Assembly: GCA_017461635.1 (NCBI GenBank)
Contig: JAFTXK010000001.1
Span: 1 to 47,145 of the forward strand
Length of the DNA stretch: 47,145 nucleotides
Source of the DNA: Clostridia bacterium
Lineage (GTDB): Bacteria; Bacillota; Clostridia; Oscillospirales; CAG-272
Direction of reading: 5' to 3'
Shown: positions 46,391-47,145 of the stretch, piece by piece
Position numbering within the stretch: position 1 is the first letter of the stretch
Layout of the letters: the number at the start of each line of letters is the position of its first letter
Position numbers and translations under genes: made by a program
Notes under the pieces: generated by a model
Databases searched by the model: none
What the model saw: the letters and a program-made list of their open reading frames with translations, nothing else
What the model was told of the DNA's origin: nothing

Positions 46391-47048
46391 GATTTCTCCT
46401 TCCATGATGTGCGCCGACGCCCTCAATCTCGGAGCTACGCTTAAAGATTTCGAAAAAAACGGCATCGAATATCTCCACATCGACATAATGGACGGCTCAT
46501 TCGTACCAAATTTCACCCTTGGAACAGACTATTGCAAAATACTGAAAAAGGCAACAAACATTCCCCTTGATCTCCATCTTATGGTAGATCGCCCCGAGGA
46601 ACGTCTTGATTGGTTCCCTATCGGCGAGGGCGATATAGTCTCGGTTCATGTCGAAAGCACAAAGCACCTGCAAAAGGTTCTGCGTGCCATCAAGGACAGG
46701 GGCGCAAAGGCTTATGTTGCCATAAATCCCGCAACGCCTCTCTGCATGATAGAGGAAGTCCTCTGCGATATCGACGGCGTGCTGGTCATGACGGTAAATC
46801 CCGGATTTGCAGGTCAGAAGCTTATTCCGCAAACTCTTGAAAAGATCACAAAAGCCCGCAAAATGCTGGACGCAAACGGCAAAAACGATGCCGAGATCGA
46901 GGTTGACGGAAACGTCAGCTTTGAGAACGCGGCAAAGATGAGCAAAGCAGGCGCAAATATTTTTGTTGCAGGCACGTCAAGCGTGTTCACAAAAGATCTT
47001 ACCCTCAAGGAAGGCGTAAAAAAGCTCCGCACGGCGGTTGAAATCTAA
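46380..47048 (+). CDS. ribulose-phosphate 3-epimerase family protein (AlsE-like hexulose/pentulose-phosphate 3-epimerase)
   Basis: KISPSMMCAD, YLHIDIMDGSFVPN, LDLHLMV, VLVMTVNPGFAGQKLI, EVDGNV. Overlaps the upstream gene by 11 nt. Confidence 0.88.
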   Translation: MINKISPSMMCADALNLGATLKDFEKNGIEYLHIDIMDGSFVPNFTLGTDYCKILKKATNIPLDLHLMVDRPEERLDWFPIGEGDIVSVHVESTKHLQKVLRAIKDRGAKAYVAINPATPLCMIEEVLCDIDGVLVMTVNPGFAGQKLIPQTLEKITKARKMLDANGKNDAEIEVDGNVSFENAAKMSKAGANIFVAGTSSVFTKDLTLKEGVKKLRTAVEI

Positions 47049-47080
47049 TACAAAAAATGATGTAAAAACTACAATAAATT

Positions 47081-47145
47081 AAATAATAATTTGTCGGGGA
47101 AAATTAAGTAATAGTTTATGAGATCCTTCGCCGAGGCTCAGGATG
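47081..47145 (-). repeat. family-1 nested-palindrome element, copy C (truncated by window end; inverted relative to copies A/B)
   Basis: AAATAATAATTTGTCGGGGAAAATTAAGTAATAGTT matches the reverse complement of the right ends of copies A/B. It is followed by TATGAGATCCTTCGCCGAGGCTCAGGATG, identical to the inner arm. Confidence 0.75.

Overview
Mostly core genome from a sporulating Firmicute of class Clostridia. Lineage is inferred from gene content only, with no search possible.

Minus strand, 1-11.7 kb: a dcw cell-wall/division cluster in the order mraZ-rsmH-ftsL-[TIM-barrel gene]-PBP-murE-murF-mraY-ftsW-murG. murD is absent and the sugar-phosphate isomerase-like gene is an extra.

Then: sigK-like sigma factor, long-form phosphofructokinase, and yajC with a small membrane protein and a fragment resembling the N-domain of a SCIFF-type radical SAM maturase. 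Next come rimM-trmD, a Wzy_C-type membrane protein with two tandem DUF4330-like genes, HPr, uvrC, rsmD-coaD, an M16 peptidase pair, lgt and folD.

After a small AT-rich islet: a T-box (Val, GUA)-controlled valS operon, tRNA-Thr(GGU), a lipoprotein, an MBOAT/DHHW acyltransferase pair, and the CIRCE-controlled hrcA-grpE-dnaK-dnaJ-prmA operon. Last is a DeoR-linked operon encoding a fused glycerophosphodiesterase/Zn-alcohol dehydrogenase plus a hexulose/pentulose-phosphate 3-epimerase.

I see no CRISPR array, no recognisable defence system, no transposase or integrase, and no rRNA.

The non-ordinary content is a set of long nested-palindrome, MITE-like intergenic elements in three sequence families:
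- Family 1: three copies. Two direct copies bracket a 0.6 kb islet carrying a tiny Cys-rich gene and a divergent ribbon-helix-helix gene.
- Family 2: this palindrome plus a DUF559 endonuclease-like gene sits between the valS T-box riboswitch and valS itself.
- Family 3: one copy upstream of the MBOAT gene.

All family and product names come from motif recognition by eye and need HMM/BLAST confirmation.
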